Made by a program: the position numbers and the translations under genes
Shown: one piece after another, positions 8,402 through 18,097 of the stretch
Layout of the letters: each line of letters starts with the position of its first letter
Numbering within the stretch: the stretch's first letter is position 1
The notes under the pieces: model-generated
Told to the model about the DNA's origin: nothing
Database searches by the model: none
What the model saw: the letters and a program-made list of their open reading frames with translations, nothing else
Origin: a bacterium
GTDB lineage: Bacteria; Zhuqueibacterota; Zhuqueibacteria; Residuimicrobiales; Krinioviventaceae
Assembly: GCA_963675755.2 (NCBI GenBank)
Contig: CAXXMD010000002.1
Coordinates: 1,856,001 to 1,920,000 of the forward strand
DNA length: 64,000 nt
Direction of reading: 5' to 3'

Positions 8402-9927
8402 CTAGTTCTCCCCTCTAACCTCAATCTCATTAATCCCTTTTCGCTCGATGATCAATATATTATCCACTCCCCTGAAACTGCCAAACCGCCAAAAGGATTT
8501 ATCGAGTGGTTTTCCATTTGCATAGACCACAGGTGTAAAGGTGAGTTTGAATCGCTCAATGCCATCTTGATCTGCAGTGGCATAGCTGATATTTTTATCA
8601 TCATACTTGATATCCAACACAGTAGAAGAAGAGTAAAACAAATGATCTTTATCCTGTGGTAGCATTTCCGGCAATTCAGCTATTCCATCCAGTATATGGG
8701 GCAGGTAATCCCAATAAGAATCGGAAAACCAGGGTTCAGCATACTCTATTCCGGTATAGTTGATAGATATATTATCTTTAGAATATTTGTTATAAGCAGA
8801 ATAAGTTGCCAGTGCAAAAGAAGCCCTTGCCTCTTCCCTGACTTGAGGGTCCTGGCATACACCATACCATTTTGCCACAACCGATGCATAGCGAGCGGTA
8901 TGACTGCTCATTTCTTTGAAACAGCCATCCTGTTCTTTGATGCTGGTAGCGCCATAGCGTGTTACCTGGCCAAACCGGTTTTTCACCCATTGGATCAGTT
9001 CCGGAACATGCGTTTTATAATCCGGATCTGTTTCGGGTCTATTTAACAGGTAGCGCGCGGTTTCCATGGGATTTTGCTGATTCAGGTTATCAAAATTGGA
9101 TTGCACATCTTCATAATAGCCGGACCAGAAATGGTTCCGCATGGGATATTTTAAAATCCATTGGATCAGCAGCTCTCTTTTTTCAGCAAGCAGTTTTTTG
9201 TCCAGACTGCAAGCCGATTGTTTTAGCAACTCATCAAACAACTGTACTGCCAGAATCATATTGGAACAATAGGGATCCACAACCTCACCGGTTTTGAGAT
9301 TCACCCTGAAGGGCAGGGGTGAATGTTCTGCGTCACCGGGAATGATATGTTGTATGATTGTATTTGCAATACGCTCTGCTTTATGTACATAGATATCATC
9401 CTGACAATATTTTGAATATTGGATATAACCAATTGCTACCATACAGAGCTTGTCAACTCCGCCCCATTCATCCGTATATTCACCATCCGGGGTATCATCC
9501 TGAGTGCGGGGGGAACATCCGGCCAGGCCCAGTCCAAAGGAGTATGATACTTGGCCACACGTTCAATCAGTTTTTGCACAGGTGCCAGGGCGTCGCGGTC
9601 CCCGGTATAAGCATAGTATTTTTTAAATGTCTCCATACCCCAGTAAACATTGCTACCCGGATTGTTTTGTTTATCGCGGTACGTTCCGTCCATGTTTAAT
9701 TTTGAAGTTACCAGATACAATGGATCTTTACCGTGGCTGGTTTCAACCTCGGGACAAAATTTAAGAAAATTCATGCTCCATGAAAGGATATTGTCATAAC
9801 TCGTCCAGGCTTGTAATTGACCGGATTGGGGATCAAGCACTACATCATGATCAAGGATCTTTTCAGCAAAGACGTTCCAGGTTGTCAGGCAAAGCAGGAT
9901 GATAAAAAAATGAACTGGATGTTTCAT
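8402..9927 (-). pseudogene. Secreted hypothetical protein (possible six-hairpin glycosidase-like fold), frameshifted at a G6 tract
   Basis: Signal-peptide ORF (MKHPVHFF...) joins ORF 8402-9442 if G6 at 9508-9513 is G7 or G4, giving WAWPDVP(P)RTQDDTPDGEYTDEWGGVDKLCMVAIG with no stop. Confidence 0.7.
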
Positions 9928-10060
9928 AGCAGACTCTTTGTATTGTTTAGTAAAATGGATTTGAACCAAATATAGTTCAATTATTTCGAAAATCAAACCA
10001 TATTAACGGAAAGCATAAATGTATAAAAGGGGTCTGATGGTTACAGAACCCCTTGTCATA

Positions 10061-10652
10061 TCATATTTCTATCACATATCTATGATTGCAGTAAGCATCC
10101 CCTTGCATGAGTGTTTTATCCCGTTCCATGTGCATCTTTTCGTTAAATCCTTTTGCCCAGGTATAATCTCCACAGCAAATATGCGCGTAACCAATTTCAC
10201 CCGCATCCGCGTCCAGGAAAGTTTTGGCCCAAATGCATTCGGTTACCTGCATTTGAAATGTGGTCTCTGTATCCTCAACAATCGAATGGGTCAATGACTT
10301 TTCATAATGAGGTGGACGGAATTGTTCAACATAGGCAGCCAGACTGTTATTGCCCAGTTTTTTGGCCTGGTCCTGACCTCGCTTAAAAGTTCGTTCCTGT
10401 GTCTTTTTTGTCAGAAACTCTAACAATTTATCCTTACCCCACTCTTGCTCAAAAGCTTGCGCAAGTTTGATAAATTCGCGATACTGGACCGCGTAATATT
10501 CTGCATAAGAAAGATCAGGATCATGTTTTTTGCTCAAACTTATTCGTGTCAGCAAGTGCAGTACCACAAACACCCGCCAAACAGGCAGCTGCACAGGGCG
10601 GAATTATTGCAGCCATAAAGTCCCTGCGGTGAAGAGAATGTTGTTTTTCCAT
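10061..10652 (-). pseudogene. Tat-leader L-2-amino-thiazoline-4-carboxylate hydrolase-like protein, frameshifted at a T6 tract
   Basis: VTECIWA...CCGDY...RDKTLMQGDAYCNHRY family motifs; upstream frame MEKQHSLHRRDFMAA... with GGAG RBS joins if T6 at 10526-10531 is T5. Confidence 0.7.
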
Positions 10653-10767
10653 TGTATCTCCATTTGTAATTTTTAACGTTTTGAAAAATTAACCAAGGAA
10701 TTGTTGCTTGTGAAAAATTAAATTATTTCCCCGGCAAAAGCATCAAGTTCATTTAAAAAGTGATCGA

Positions 10768-12084
10768 TTATTCTTTAACCATAACAGCAAGTAATACCAT
10801 AGAAATGAAAGCAATCACAGCTCCTGTACCAAAAGCCACCATGGCCCCAAAGGATTTGTATAAAAATCCAAATATAACGCTTGCCGGCAATGCTGATAGC
10901 CCGATTGCAAAGTTGAACAATCCAAACGCACTGCCCCGTGTTTCCGGTGTTACAATATCCGCAACAAATGCTTTTTCCGCCCCCTCGGTAAATGCATAAT
11001 ATAACGCATAAATAAAAAATAAAACAAATACAAGAGGCAGATGTAACGAGTTGTCAAACCTGTCCAAAAACGCAAATCCCAGATACACAAATGTGTAAAT
11101 GGCCCACCCAATATTGATCACTTTTTTTCTGCCGGTCCGGTCAGACAATGTACCCAGATATGTTGAAAACAAAACCTTGATCACATGGAAAAAGGCCCAC
11201 ACCAACGGTACAAATAAAATATTGATCAGTTGTTTTTGAATCTCAGTATCCCCGAATCCGGTAAGCATTTCACGGAACAGGGGCAGTCTATATAATAATG
11301 AATGGAGTGAATTGTTATCATTAAGAGCTTCCTGAACCCGAAACAATAAAAATGCATCCGATGAATTGCCCAAGGTAAATAGCGTAACGATTGCTATATA
11401 CTTTAGAAAATTATTATCAAATTGTTTGAGTGAGAATAATGTGGATTGTTTTCCGGGAACAGTATCTGTTTTTTCATGAACAAATAACACCAATGCTAGT
11501 ACCGCAAAAATGCCCGGAATGATGGCCAGAATAAAGGTCCAGCGAAGAATAAGCAGCGTATCCTGCATATGAAAACCTAGAATCAGCAGCATCAGAACCG
11601 AGATAGCCAATAGTGGACCCAGCACCGCACCGGCATGGTCCATAGCACGGTGAAATCCATAGGCCCTGCCGCGGGATTTTGCATCAACCGACGATGCGAT
11701 CAACGCATCACGTGGGGCGGTACGGATACCTTTGCCAACCCGGTCAAGCATGCGCACAAACACAATCTGCCAGGCGGATGCAACAATCCCCGTAAAAGGT
11801 CGGACCAGTGAGGATATTCCATAACCGATAACAACCAGCAGTTTTCGTTTACCAATGCGGTCTGATATTACACCGCTGACCAGCTTTAACATGGCTGCAG
11901 TGGTTTCTGCTATGCCTTCTATAACACCAAGCACTAGCACACTGGAACCCAACAAGGTAATAAAAACAGGCACCAGCGGATAGATCATTTCACTGGCAGC
12001 ATCAGTAAACAGGCTGACAACACCCAGTATAACAACATTACGGGTAATACCACCTGACTTGGATTTTAGGGGCTTTAGTACCAT
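10768..12084 (-). CDS. MFS transporter
   Basis: Multiple TM helices; GVISDRIGKRK and LSDRTGRKK MFS loop motifs; DRVGKGIRTAPRDAL. Confidence 0.9.
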   Translation of the reverse strand: MVLKPLKSKSGGITRNVVILGVVSLFTDAASEMIYPLVPVFITLLGSSVLVLGVIEGIAETTAAMLKLVSGVISDRIGKRKLLVVIGYGISSLVRPFTGIVASAWQIVFVRMLDRVGKGIRTAPRDALIASSVDAKSRGRAYGFHRAMDHAGAVLGPLLAISVLMLLILGFHMQDTLLILRWTFILAIIPGIFAVLALVLFVHEKTDTVPGKQSTLFSLKQFDNNFLKYIAIVTLFTLGNSSDAFLLFRVQEALNDNNSLHSLLYRLPLFREMLTGFGDTEIQKQLINILFVPLVWAFFHVIKVLFSTYLGTLSDRTGRKKVINIGWAIYTFVYLGFAFLDRFDNSLHLPLVFVLFFIYALYYAFTEGAEKAFVADIVTPETRGSAFGLFNFAIGLSALPASVIFGFLYKSFGAMVAFGTGAVIAFISMVLLAVMVKE

Positions 12085-12230
12085 AATACAATTAGATTAA
12101 TATGACAATTATTTGGGAAAATTTAATGAATATTGATAGTTATAAAAAAAGTATGAAAAACACAACAATTATTCATAAAAATGATGAACAATAATCAGAT
12201 TATAATGGCTAATCCCCTAGCTATAAAAAC

Positions 12231-12260
12231 GTCCGTCTGTCCCCCTTAAATACAGACGGA
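12231..12260 (-). terminator. Probable terminator hairpin after 12270-13370
   Basis: GTCCGTCTGT...ACAGACGGAC stem preceded by an A-run on + strand. Confidence 0.55.
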
Positions 12261-12269
12261 CATTTATTC

Positions 12270-13370
12270 TTATCGCATCAATACAACTTTGTGGGTTTTT
12301 ACCCCTGCATAACTCTTGAATACAATCAAATACATGCCGGATGCTGCCTGACTACCGGCATCGTCCCGTCCATTCCATAAAACGTTATAACTACCGGCTG
12401 GTTGTTCGCCATCCACCAAAGTTGCGACCTTGCTGCCCAATACATTAAATACTGAAACCTCAACCGGACTCGTCTCTGCCAAATGATAGCGAATTCTGGT
12501 TTCCGGATTAAAAGGGTTTGGGTATGGGGCATCCAATGCTGTGGTTTCGGGAATAGATTCAAGGGTAATACTCAGACTTTGCAGTACAGTGGATTCACCA
12601 TTGGAATTTACATCGGAAAGACGATAATTATAGGTAGAACCATATACAATCGTTTCATCTGTAAACGTATAACGGGATGTATGAGATACGGTACCCTGAC
12701 CTTGCAGTGCATCAACAGTGCGATAAGATGCAATTGTTTGCCATTGATCATTCTCTTTGCTTCGTTCCAGTATGAATCCCAGATTAGTGATTTCAGATTC
12801 TGTGGACCACTTTAATTCAACACCGTTTTCCGCTTCACTCGCCTGAAAAGAAGATAGTTCTACCGGTAAGGGGGTATCCTGATTGGCAAAAGTTACCGTA
12901 TGCGCTTGTGCAGAGTAATCTGCAATTGCATCGCTGCCATTAAGTTCAATAAACACATTTCCAGTGCCAACAACAGAAAAATTGTAAACAATTGCATTAA
13001 TGCCGCCGGTAGGCCAATAGTCGTCCTGGGTGAAAATATCGGCATTATTATAAAAAACGCGTTTGGTAAAAGTATGACCGGCTCTTTCCCATGACCCGGT
13101 TTGAATTTCTTTATTAGCCAAACCAGATCCCCAACCCCAGGTGGTTTCAATTTGTGAGGCATCTACATTATCTGCAGAGGCAATAGTCGTTACCCCATCA
13201 TCGCAGTAGTATAAATACACACTAATACTCGCGGCTTCTTCGGGTTGGCTGTCACCTTTAACATTCAGATATAATGGATTCACACCATTCAATGTAATGG
13301 TAACATCTCCTGCAAATGCTGCCATGTTAACCGCAACCAAAACAAACAACACGATAGCAATCTTTTTCAT
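12270..13370 (-). CDS. Secreted protein: small beta-sandwich (possibly cohesin-like) + LPVEL domain + T9SS CTD
   Basis: Signal peptide; LPVELSSF...WSTESEITNLGF; PYPNPFNP...ASGMYLI CTD. Confidence 0.75.
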   Translation of the reverse strand: MKKIAIVLFVLVAVNMAAFAGDVTITLNGVNPLYLNVKGDSQPEEAASISVYLYYCDDGVTTIASADNVDASQIETTWGWGSGLANKEIQTGSWERAGHTFTKRVFYNNADIFTQDDYWPTGGINAIVYNFSVVGTGNVFIELNGSDAIADYSAQAHTVTFANQDTPLPVELSSFQASEAENGVELKWSTESEITNLGFILERSKENDQWQTIASYRTVDALQGQGTVSHTSRYTFTDETIVYGSTYNYRLSDVNSNGESTVLQSLSITLESIPETTALDAPYPNPFNPETRIRYHLAETSPVEVSVFNVLGSKVATLVDGEQPAGSYNVLWNGRDDAGSQAASGMYLIVFKSYAGVKTHKVVLMR

Positions 13371-13581
13371 TTAATTTTCTCCCTAGCTAATTAAATTCTA
13401 TTAAACTAATTCTTATTTACAAACCTGGCTATTCTACGCATTCAAAAAAAAATAACTAAAATTCAAAGTCCGTATATTGCATGTAAAAACCAGACAAAAC
13501 TTATATAATCCCGATCAGGCATCTTAATTTAGGATGGGGTAGATTTCTTAATGCCTAACCGGGATTTTTTCTATTCTAAAA

Positions 13582-16500
13582 TCAAGGCAGATTACAACAT
13601 TTTCCGGCATTAGGTTTAATTACCAAATAGTCCGTTGAATTAACACTGCCACTCAAATTAGCATCGCTTGTAGAATAACCGTTTGTACCGGCTTTGGTTC
13701 GAACAGTAAGATAGTCCGATGCATTGATAACACCCGATCCATTACAGTCGCCTTTATACATACCGAAAACACCTTCTTCAAGCAATGCGGCCTCACCGCC
13801 ATAATACTGATCCAGGCCGGTAGAAAAATCATATGTGGACAAGGAGAAACCCAATGAACGTGCCGCCGCACTCATTACCGCCAGATGATTGCGATGACGG
13901 ATAACAATATAGTACGCCCCCTCTGCCGTATCGCCAAGGCTCAGACTGGTATCAGTGCCGTCTGCTTCTGCGAGCCAGCCGTCGCTGCGTAACAAATATG
14001 AACGGCTGTAAACCGTTTCGCCATCAGCCGTGCTGCGCAGCTCAAGCGAAACCCAGTCAGTAATATCTGCCGCAATACTTCCCGCGTCCCGACAGTCGCT
14101 ATATGGACAAACGGCAGGAATGTTTGCATTCAGGTCTGTATTCATTTCAGGATTATCTGCGGAGATATTATAAGCTCCCTCAAGAAATACACGTACGGAA
14201 AGCTGCACCGCCTGGTCCGTAGTAAAGGTCTTTACGGGGCCGTAAAAAGATCCCAGTTTGCTCTGGCAAAACGCACGATAATAATAGGTGCTGCCGGGCT
14301 CAAGACCGGTCACTGTACCGGAAAAACTCCCTACACCACTCTGCATATAGAATTTGGAATCAGCCAGTGTGGGTGTATTGTTGGATGTGCTGTAACAAAC
14401 GCCGCGTCTAAGAATCGGTACAAAATTATCATACGTCACTTCACCACCCAATATAGCAGTGGTTTTATCAACCGATGACGCTGACGCAGTAGTAACACAT
14501 TCTCTGTCGATAACAACATTACGCGTTTCCCAACGACTTGCATTACCGTCTTGTTCCGAAGTTATAAGATCAAGTTTTCCGTCACCATCAATATCTGTAA
14601 AAGCACAAGTAGAAAAATAACTGAGATCTATATTCTGAAATGTTTCATTAACGAGATAAAAGTCATAAGCGTTTGGCGCTGACTGCGCAAAGTGCTCAAT
14701 GTTACCCTGATAAGTTCCTGAGAAAACATCCAGCATTCCGTCACCATTAATATCAGCACAAGCGGGCAGGCTAATACCATCCGGCATGTGGTCTATTACG
14801 TTAAAGTCATAACTGTATTTTGCGGATTGTTCATAAATTACATTATCTCCATGATACTCCCCGATTATCAAATCTAACAAACCGTCCCGATCAATATCGG
14901 TTAATTGGAGATTGCTATAATCATACTTTTCCATTTGAATACCACTAAATTGTTCGTTAACCAGTACAAAAGTGGTCGAGTTTAGCTCACTTTGCTCAAA
15001 GTGGCGAATATTTTCATCACTACAGCCGGCAAGCAGGTCCAATAAACCATCACCATCCAGGTCTGCGAAAGCAACAATCTGCAGACCAGAGTAATATTCT
15101 CCAAGGAGATCGCCCTTCACTAGCGTAAAAGATCCCGAGTTGACCTCGGTTTGCTCATAATATAAAAGACGACTATCTTTTTCCATCAGCAAATCAAGTA
15201 AACCATCGCCATCCATATCTGTAAAATTAGGTTGTGTCCACGTCCACGTTCCATAATTAATTCCTGCAAAGCTTGAAGTTACTTTTTCAAAAAGAGATGT
15301 AGAACTCGTTGTAAAGGATTTTACAGGCCCGTAAAACAGACCCAGCGAACTCTGTGCAAAGGTGCGGAAATAATACGTATTTGCTTCAATCATCGGCAGC
15401 GAATTCATAGAGAATTCATCAGCACGGTTATTACAATTTGATTTTACAACATCTCTATTGCTCAATTCAGGTAACGTGCTTACAGTGCTGTAACAGACGC
15501 CCCGTTCATAAATAAAATGGCCGTTATCATCGGTTACCGAACCACCCAGGGTCCATCTCATATCCGTTTCAGAGACCGGATCGTCAGTAGTCATACACGA
15601 AGGGTTTACGATAACATCACCAGACTCCCAAAAAATGATTTTACCATCAACCTGCCCTATTAACATATCAAACCGATTGTTACCGTTTATATCACAAACA
15701 GCAGGGACCGCATAGCCTCCCGTGTCAATGCCCCCAAAACTATCTATAACATGGGAAAAAGACAACGAATTCTGCGAATCCTGTCTGTAATGTACAACCT
15801 CGCCATTCCTCTTGCCAACCAAAAGGTCAAGCCGGCCGTCGGCATCCAGATCTGTGAAAAAGGGGGCCGCGTTATAGCCCACATCGATACCGCTAAACTC
15901 GCTATTGACGAGATTAAATATTTCCGGATCAGATGCATCCTGTTCAAAATGACGGAGCCTGCCGTAAAGTTGTCCAACAAGAATATCGATGAGACCATCT
16001 CCGTCAATATCCGCTATCGCAGGTTTGGCGTAACCATTTACATCATAGTTTAGAAAATTATTTTTTACTAAATTGAATACTAATGAACCAAACTCGTATT
16101 GTTCAAACCTGTCAACAGTGCCGTTCTGGTTACCGACCAGCAAATCCAGCAGACCGTCATTATCAATATCCAGACATACAGGAGAAGATTGGCCACCAAC
16201 ATCAATATTATTAAAATTATCTGTTACCAGATTTAAGGTCATGGAATTTGTTTCGGCCTGTTCATAGTGAGCAAGGGTACCATCCTCATTACCGATGATC
16301 AGATCCAGCTTTGAATCATAGTCAAGATCGACAAAAGCCGGGGCTGCATATTCACCTGCATCAATATTACTAACAGAAGTGGTTAATGTTTTCACATCAC
16401 CAAACCAGGTCCCCAGGGCATTGGTAGCAAAGGTCCTTATAAAATACTTTTTCCCTTCATAAAGGTCTGTCAAGGTAGTGGAAAATTCACCTGAACCGGT

Positions 16501-17529
16501 CCCTATTGTTACGCAGCCATCTCCCGACCCCGGCAGCGAATTGGTAAGGCTGTAATACACTCCCCGTCTGTAAACAAATGATCCGTTGTCATTCAACACC
16601 TCGCCCCCCACAACTGCGGATGTAGACGATAGGATTGTCGGTTCAGTGGTCGATACACATTGGGTTTCCAGCGTTGCTGTAGTGGCCCTGTAATGCGCAA
16701 TTTGTCCGTTTCCGCTGCCAACCAGTAAATCAAGGTATCCATCCTGTTCCAGATCTGTAAAGCAAGGAGCAGGCTCATCGCCAAAAGTAAAACCACCCAA
16801 TTGGTTTGTTACCCGGGAAAAAACAGGCTGGTTAAGCTGGTCCTGTTCATAATGATAAAGCGCATTATTACTCGCACTCCCGATGATCAAATCCAGCAAA
16901 CCATCATTGTCCAGATCAACTAATGTGGGAGCAGCATAGCTTCCAATATCAATACCGCTAAATGTTCCATTAATTCTTGAAAACGTATTTTCTCCCGGGT
17001 CCTGTTCATAATGAGGCATTTGTCCGTTATAAAGACCTGCAAGCAAATCCAACTGCCCGTCAAGATCAAAATCGGTAAAAACGGGCATCGGGTACCACTC
17101 GAGTAAATGATCTATCATGATAAAATTTGTTGCATTAAATGTTGTTGAATTCAGGGATTGCTGCCTAAATACGTGAAAGCCACCAAAGCCATCAGCTTCA
17201 ACTAATTCCAGCAATCCGTCAGCATCAAGATCTACAATTGAAAAACCAAATCTTGCGGTTTCAGAAATACCGGCGAAATTAACTGATTGCCTGGTAAACT
17301 TTGTTGGAGTATCGGGGTTCTGTGTATAGTACCAAAGCTTTGACGGATCTGAATCAACATTTACCAATAAATCCAGCCTGCCATCAGAATCAAGGTCAGT
17401 TACTAGAGGTCTTAATTTATAACCATTGCCGGAAATAGTACTAAAATTGTCGGTTACCAAAGTAAAATCCAAAGCATGGATCGTAGTATTAATTAGGCAA
17501 ACCAGGAAAAAAATCTTGAGCAGTTTCAT
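13582..17529 (-). CDS. Large secreted FG-GAP/VCBS repeat protein with three FN3-like domains and dockerin-like C-terminus
   Basis: Many DxDxDGxLDLLxG repeats; three GG(E/S)VxxDN...RGVxYS...Y(Y/F)xRxF...G-x-VK(T/S) modules; VRVFLEGAY domain ending GDCNGSGVINASDY / DANLSGSVNSTDY. Confidence 0.85.
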   Translation of the reverse strand: MKLLKIFFLVCLINTTIHALDFTLVTDNFSTISGNGYKLRPLVTDLDSDGRLDLLVNVDSDPSKLWYYTQNPDTPTKFTRQSVNFAGISETARFGFSIVDLDADGLLELVEADGFGGFHVFRQQSLNSTTFNATNFIMIDHLLEWYPMPVFTDFDLDGQLDLLAGLYNGQMPHYEQDPGENTFSRINGTFSGIDIGSYAAPTLVDLDNDGLLDLIIGSASNNALYHYEQDQLNQPVFSRVTNQLGGFTFGDEPAPCFTDLEQDGYLDLLVGSGNGQIAHYRATTATLETQCVSTTEPTILSSTSAVVGGEVLNDNGSFVYRRGVYYSLTNSLPGSGDGCVTIGTGSGEFSTTLTDLYEGKKYFIRTFATNALGTWFGDVKTLTTSVSNIDAGEYAAPAFVDLDYDSKLDLIIGNEDGTLAHYEQAETNSMTLNLVTDNFNNIDVGGQSSPVCLDIDNDGLLDLLVGNQNGTVDRFEQYEFGSLVFNLVKNNFLNYDVNGYAKPAIADIDGDGLIDILVGQLYGRLRHFEQDASDPEIFNLVNSEFSGIDVGYNAAPFFTDLDADGRLDLLVGKRNGEVVHYRQDSQNSLSFSHVIDSFGGIDTGGYAVPAVCDINGNNRFDMLIGQVDGKIIFWESGDVIVNPSCMTTDDPVSETDMRWTLGGSVTDDNGHFIYERGVCYSTVSTLPELSNRDVVKSNCNNRADEFSMNSLPMIEANTYYFRTFAQSSLGLFYGPVKSFTTSSTSLFEKVTSSFAGINYGTWTWTQPNFTDMDGDGLLDLLMEKDSRLLYYEQTEVNSGSFTLVKGDLLGEYYSGLQIVAFADLDGDGLLDLLAGCSDENIRHFEQSELNSTTFVLVNEQFSGIQMEKYDYSNLQLTDIDRDGLLDLIIGEYHGDNVIYEQSAKYSYDFNVIDHMPDGISLPACADINGDGMLDVFSGTYQGNIEHFAQSAPNAYDFYLVNETFQNIDLSYFSTCAFTDIDGDGKLDLITSEQDGNASRWETRNVVIDRECVTTASASSVDKTTAILGGEVTYDNFVPILRRGVCYSTSNNTPTLADSKFYMQSGVGSFSGTVTGLEPGSTYYYRAFCQSKLGSFYGPVKTFTTDQAVQLSVRVFLEGAYNISADNPEMNTDLNANIPAVCPYSDCRDAGSIAADITDWVSLELRSTADGETVYSRSYLLRSDGWLAEADGTDTSLSLGDTAEGAYYIVIRHRNHLAVMSAAARSLGFSLSTYDFSTGLDQYYGGEAALLEEGVFGMYKGDCNGSGVINASDYLTVRTKAGTNGYSTSDANLSGSVNSTDYLVIKPNAGKCCNLP

Positions 17530-17600
17530 TGCATTGTATCCTTTGGATTTTTAAGATATAAAATAAAAAAGGTAACACTTAAAAAGGATTAGTACCAAGC

Positions 17601-17633
17601 ACATATGTCGCAAAAACCAGTACATATGTCGCA
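17601..17633. promoter_or_regulatory. 12-bp direct repeat at 21-bp period, candidate regulator site
   Basis: ACATATGTCGCA at 17601 and 17622, about 70-100 bp upstream of the 17529 start. Confidence 0.5.
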
Positions 17634-17882
17634 TTTTGGAAAAAAAATCAGGGATGCGGAGAGTAATTAAGAGTCACACCAAATTCTTGATCAACATTTT
17701 CACAAAAAGATTCGGTGTTGATTTGAGTGGGGAATTATAATAAACAAACCTTGCAAAAAAACGTATAAGACTTGATCAGTAATTTTAAAAAAGTAAATAT
17801 AATATGAGGTTAGATGTTTGATTATAACTGGATGAATACTGAGGAAAAAGAAAAGCCGAGAACTTGAAAAAGCCAAAAACAC

Positions 17883-17916
17883 TCCGACCCAACCATCAGC
17901 TGACGGATGGGTCGGA
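17883..17916. repeat. Intergenic imperfect palindrome
   Basis: TCCGACCCA-ACCATCAGCTGACGGA-TGGGTCGGA. Confidence 0.55.
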
Positions 17917-18003
17917 ACTAATGCGCAAAGCTTTGCTTCGCAAATATTGGCAAATTAACAATCTGTTAATTGTGAAATTTTCTCCAAGCACAGCCTGGAG
18001 CCA

Positions 18004-18038
18004 ACTCTCCTTACCAAATAAAATTTGGTAAGGAGAGT
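18004..18038. terminator. Perfect 16-bp stem-loop downstream of 18098 gene (terminator or repeat)
   Basis: ACTCTCCTTACCAAAT-AAA-ATTTGGTAAGGAGAGT. Confidence 0.5.
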
Positions 18039-18097
18039 GTTTAGTTTTTTCAAAGGTCACCCGGAGGTATAATTCCGGGAGGTATTTGTAAAACATA

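Noticed and set aside
17700-18096. Small ORFs downstream of the PA-like gene as A subunit or immunity protein
   Set aside because: Non-ATG starts, 60-66 aa, overlapping hairpins and AT-rich intergenic DNA; no enzymatic motif.
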